DNA of 64,000 bases from Octopus sinensis (Eukaryota): positions 116,126,001 to 116,190,000 of the forward strand of contig NC_043001.1 of assembly GCF_006345805.1 (NCBI RefSeq). Direction: 5' to 3'. The translations under genes were made by a program, and so were the position numbers. The notes under the pieces are model-generated. The model saw nothing but the letters and a program-made list of their open reading frames with translations. It was not told where the DNA came from and did not search any database. How positions within the stretch are numbered: the first letter of the stretch is position 1; every line of letters starts with the position of its first letter. Positions 62,794-64,000 of this stretch are shown in pieces.

Positions 62794-64000
62794 CATACAT
62801 ACATACAGATATATATTAGACAAAGACAAAGAGTGGCCTGTATTAAAGATAGATTAATTGTTCAGAGAAAACAGGAATCTCTTTTCCCGTGAGATGGACT
62901 CCACTACTAATCACTGGGTACTGACACTAAATAATACTGAAATATTTCAATTTATTATTGATTTCTCTCAATATTCTATATTGAGAGAACACACACACAT
63001 ATTCATACAGATGCACACATACACATACATATGTTTATGAGAGTCTACCAAAGTGCTCAAATTTTCGAATCATTTCTATTTACTGACAAAATAACAGCAA
63101 TAAACCAAAGTAAAAAGATAAGGATGATGATGATGACAGTGGTGACAATGATGATGATGACGACGATGATGATGATGACGACAATGATGATGATGACGGA
63201 TGGTAGCTTGATGGCAGAATGCTTAGCAGCATTTTGTCTTTCTGTCTGAGAACATGTCCAATCTAAATCCTGTCTTATTTTGTCACTGATTCTGTTGATG
63301 TCCAGTTGAGATGAGGGTGGGGGAAGAATGACCGAAAATTCTTCTGATAATATTTCTACCCAATCAGAGCTGACCTAAGCTGAACAACAAAGTCACTTCA
63401 TAGCAACAGCAGCAACTAATCAAAGAACAACAAAGCAACAAGTATAAATATAAATCAAATTTCTTTCATTTCCATTATTAAAAAAATTACATTCTTCTTA
63501 ACTTCCATTAATTTGGAAGGTGAAATCCTAGTAGCTAAAATCCCTACTTTTTAATTTTTTTTTATGAAGCAAAAAAAAAAAAGGGGTTAATATTTATTTT
63601 ATTTCATTCTATTTTAGCAGTTTAGGTTTTGGGGGAAAATTGTACATTTGCCAAATTCTTTCCCAGATAAAATGTAAAAACTTCATCAAAACGAATCTAA
63701 AGACATTGGGAAAAGATCAAAGTAAACTATGTAACGCTGTTGATGCTAAATTTCCTGTTAGTTGTTCAATGATGATGATGATGATGGTGGTGGCAAGGAT
63801 GAGATTGGTGGTAGTGATGATGATGATGAGAAACCTTTTAATTGCCAAATGTGCTCCATAATTATGAAAATAAGGAACATAAAAAAAATAAGTACAAGAT
63901 AAACACCCAAATATACACATAAGTATATTCTCTGCTTGAATAGAAATGTGTGTGTGTGTGTATGTGTGTGTGCACATGCATGTGTTTGTGTGTGTAGTAA

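Overview
Eukaryotic, AT-rich, microsatellite-rich genomic DNA. The SINE/LINE repeat landscape looks like a cephalopod (Octopus-type) genome; that assignment is my inference. The only protein-coding gene I can support is the 3' part of an FGD-family Cdc42 GEF (DH/RhoGEF-PH-FYVE-PH, frabin/FGD4-like) on the minus strand. I assembled 14 GT-AG exons by hand (51265 down to the stop at 12059; 1489 nt, reading frame continuous across all junctions). Its 5' exons were not found in the window. Most of the rest of the window is transposon-derived: three tRNA-SINE families, RTE, RTEX, CR1 and R4/Dong-type LINE ends, Tc1/mariner, pogo, hAT and piggyBac-like MITEs, and one non-autonomous Helitron. Almost all ORFs in the supplied track are microsatellite or TE artefacts. 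The most interesting unexplained structure is a set of four minimal hammerhead-ribozyme-like motifs of the Penelope-retroelement type. All four lie on the minus (FGD sense) strand, and the one at 24386-24471 has both catalytic boxes intact inside an FGD intron. Several long fold-back and nested inverted repeats could also form dsRNA in the pre-mRNA. TE boundaries without a stated TSD or TIR are approximate.
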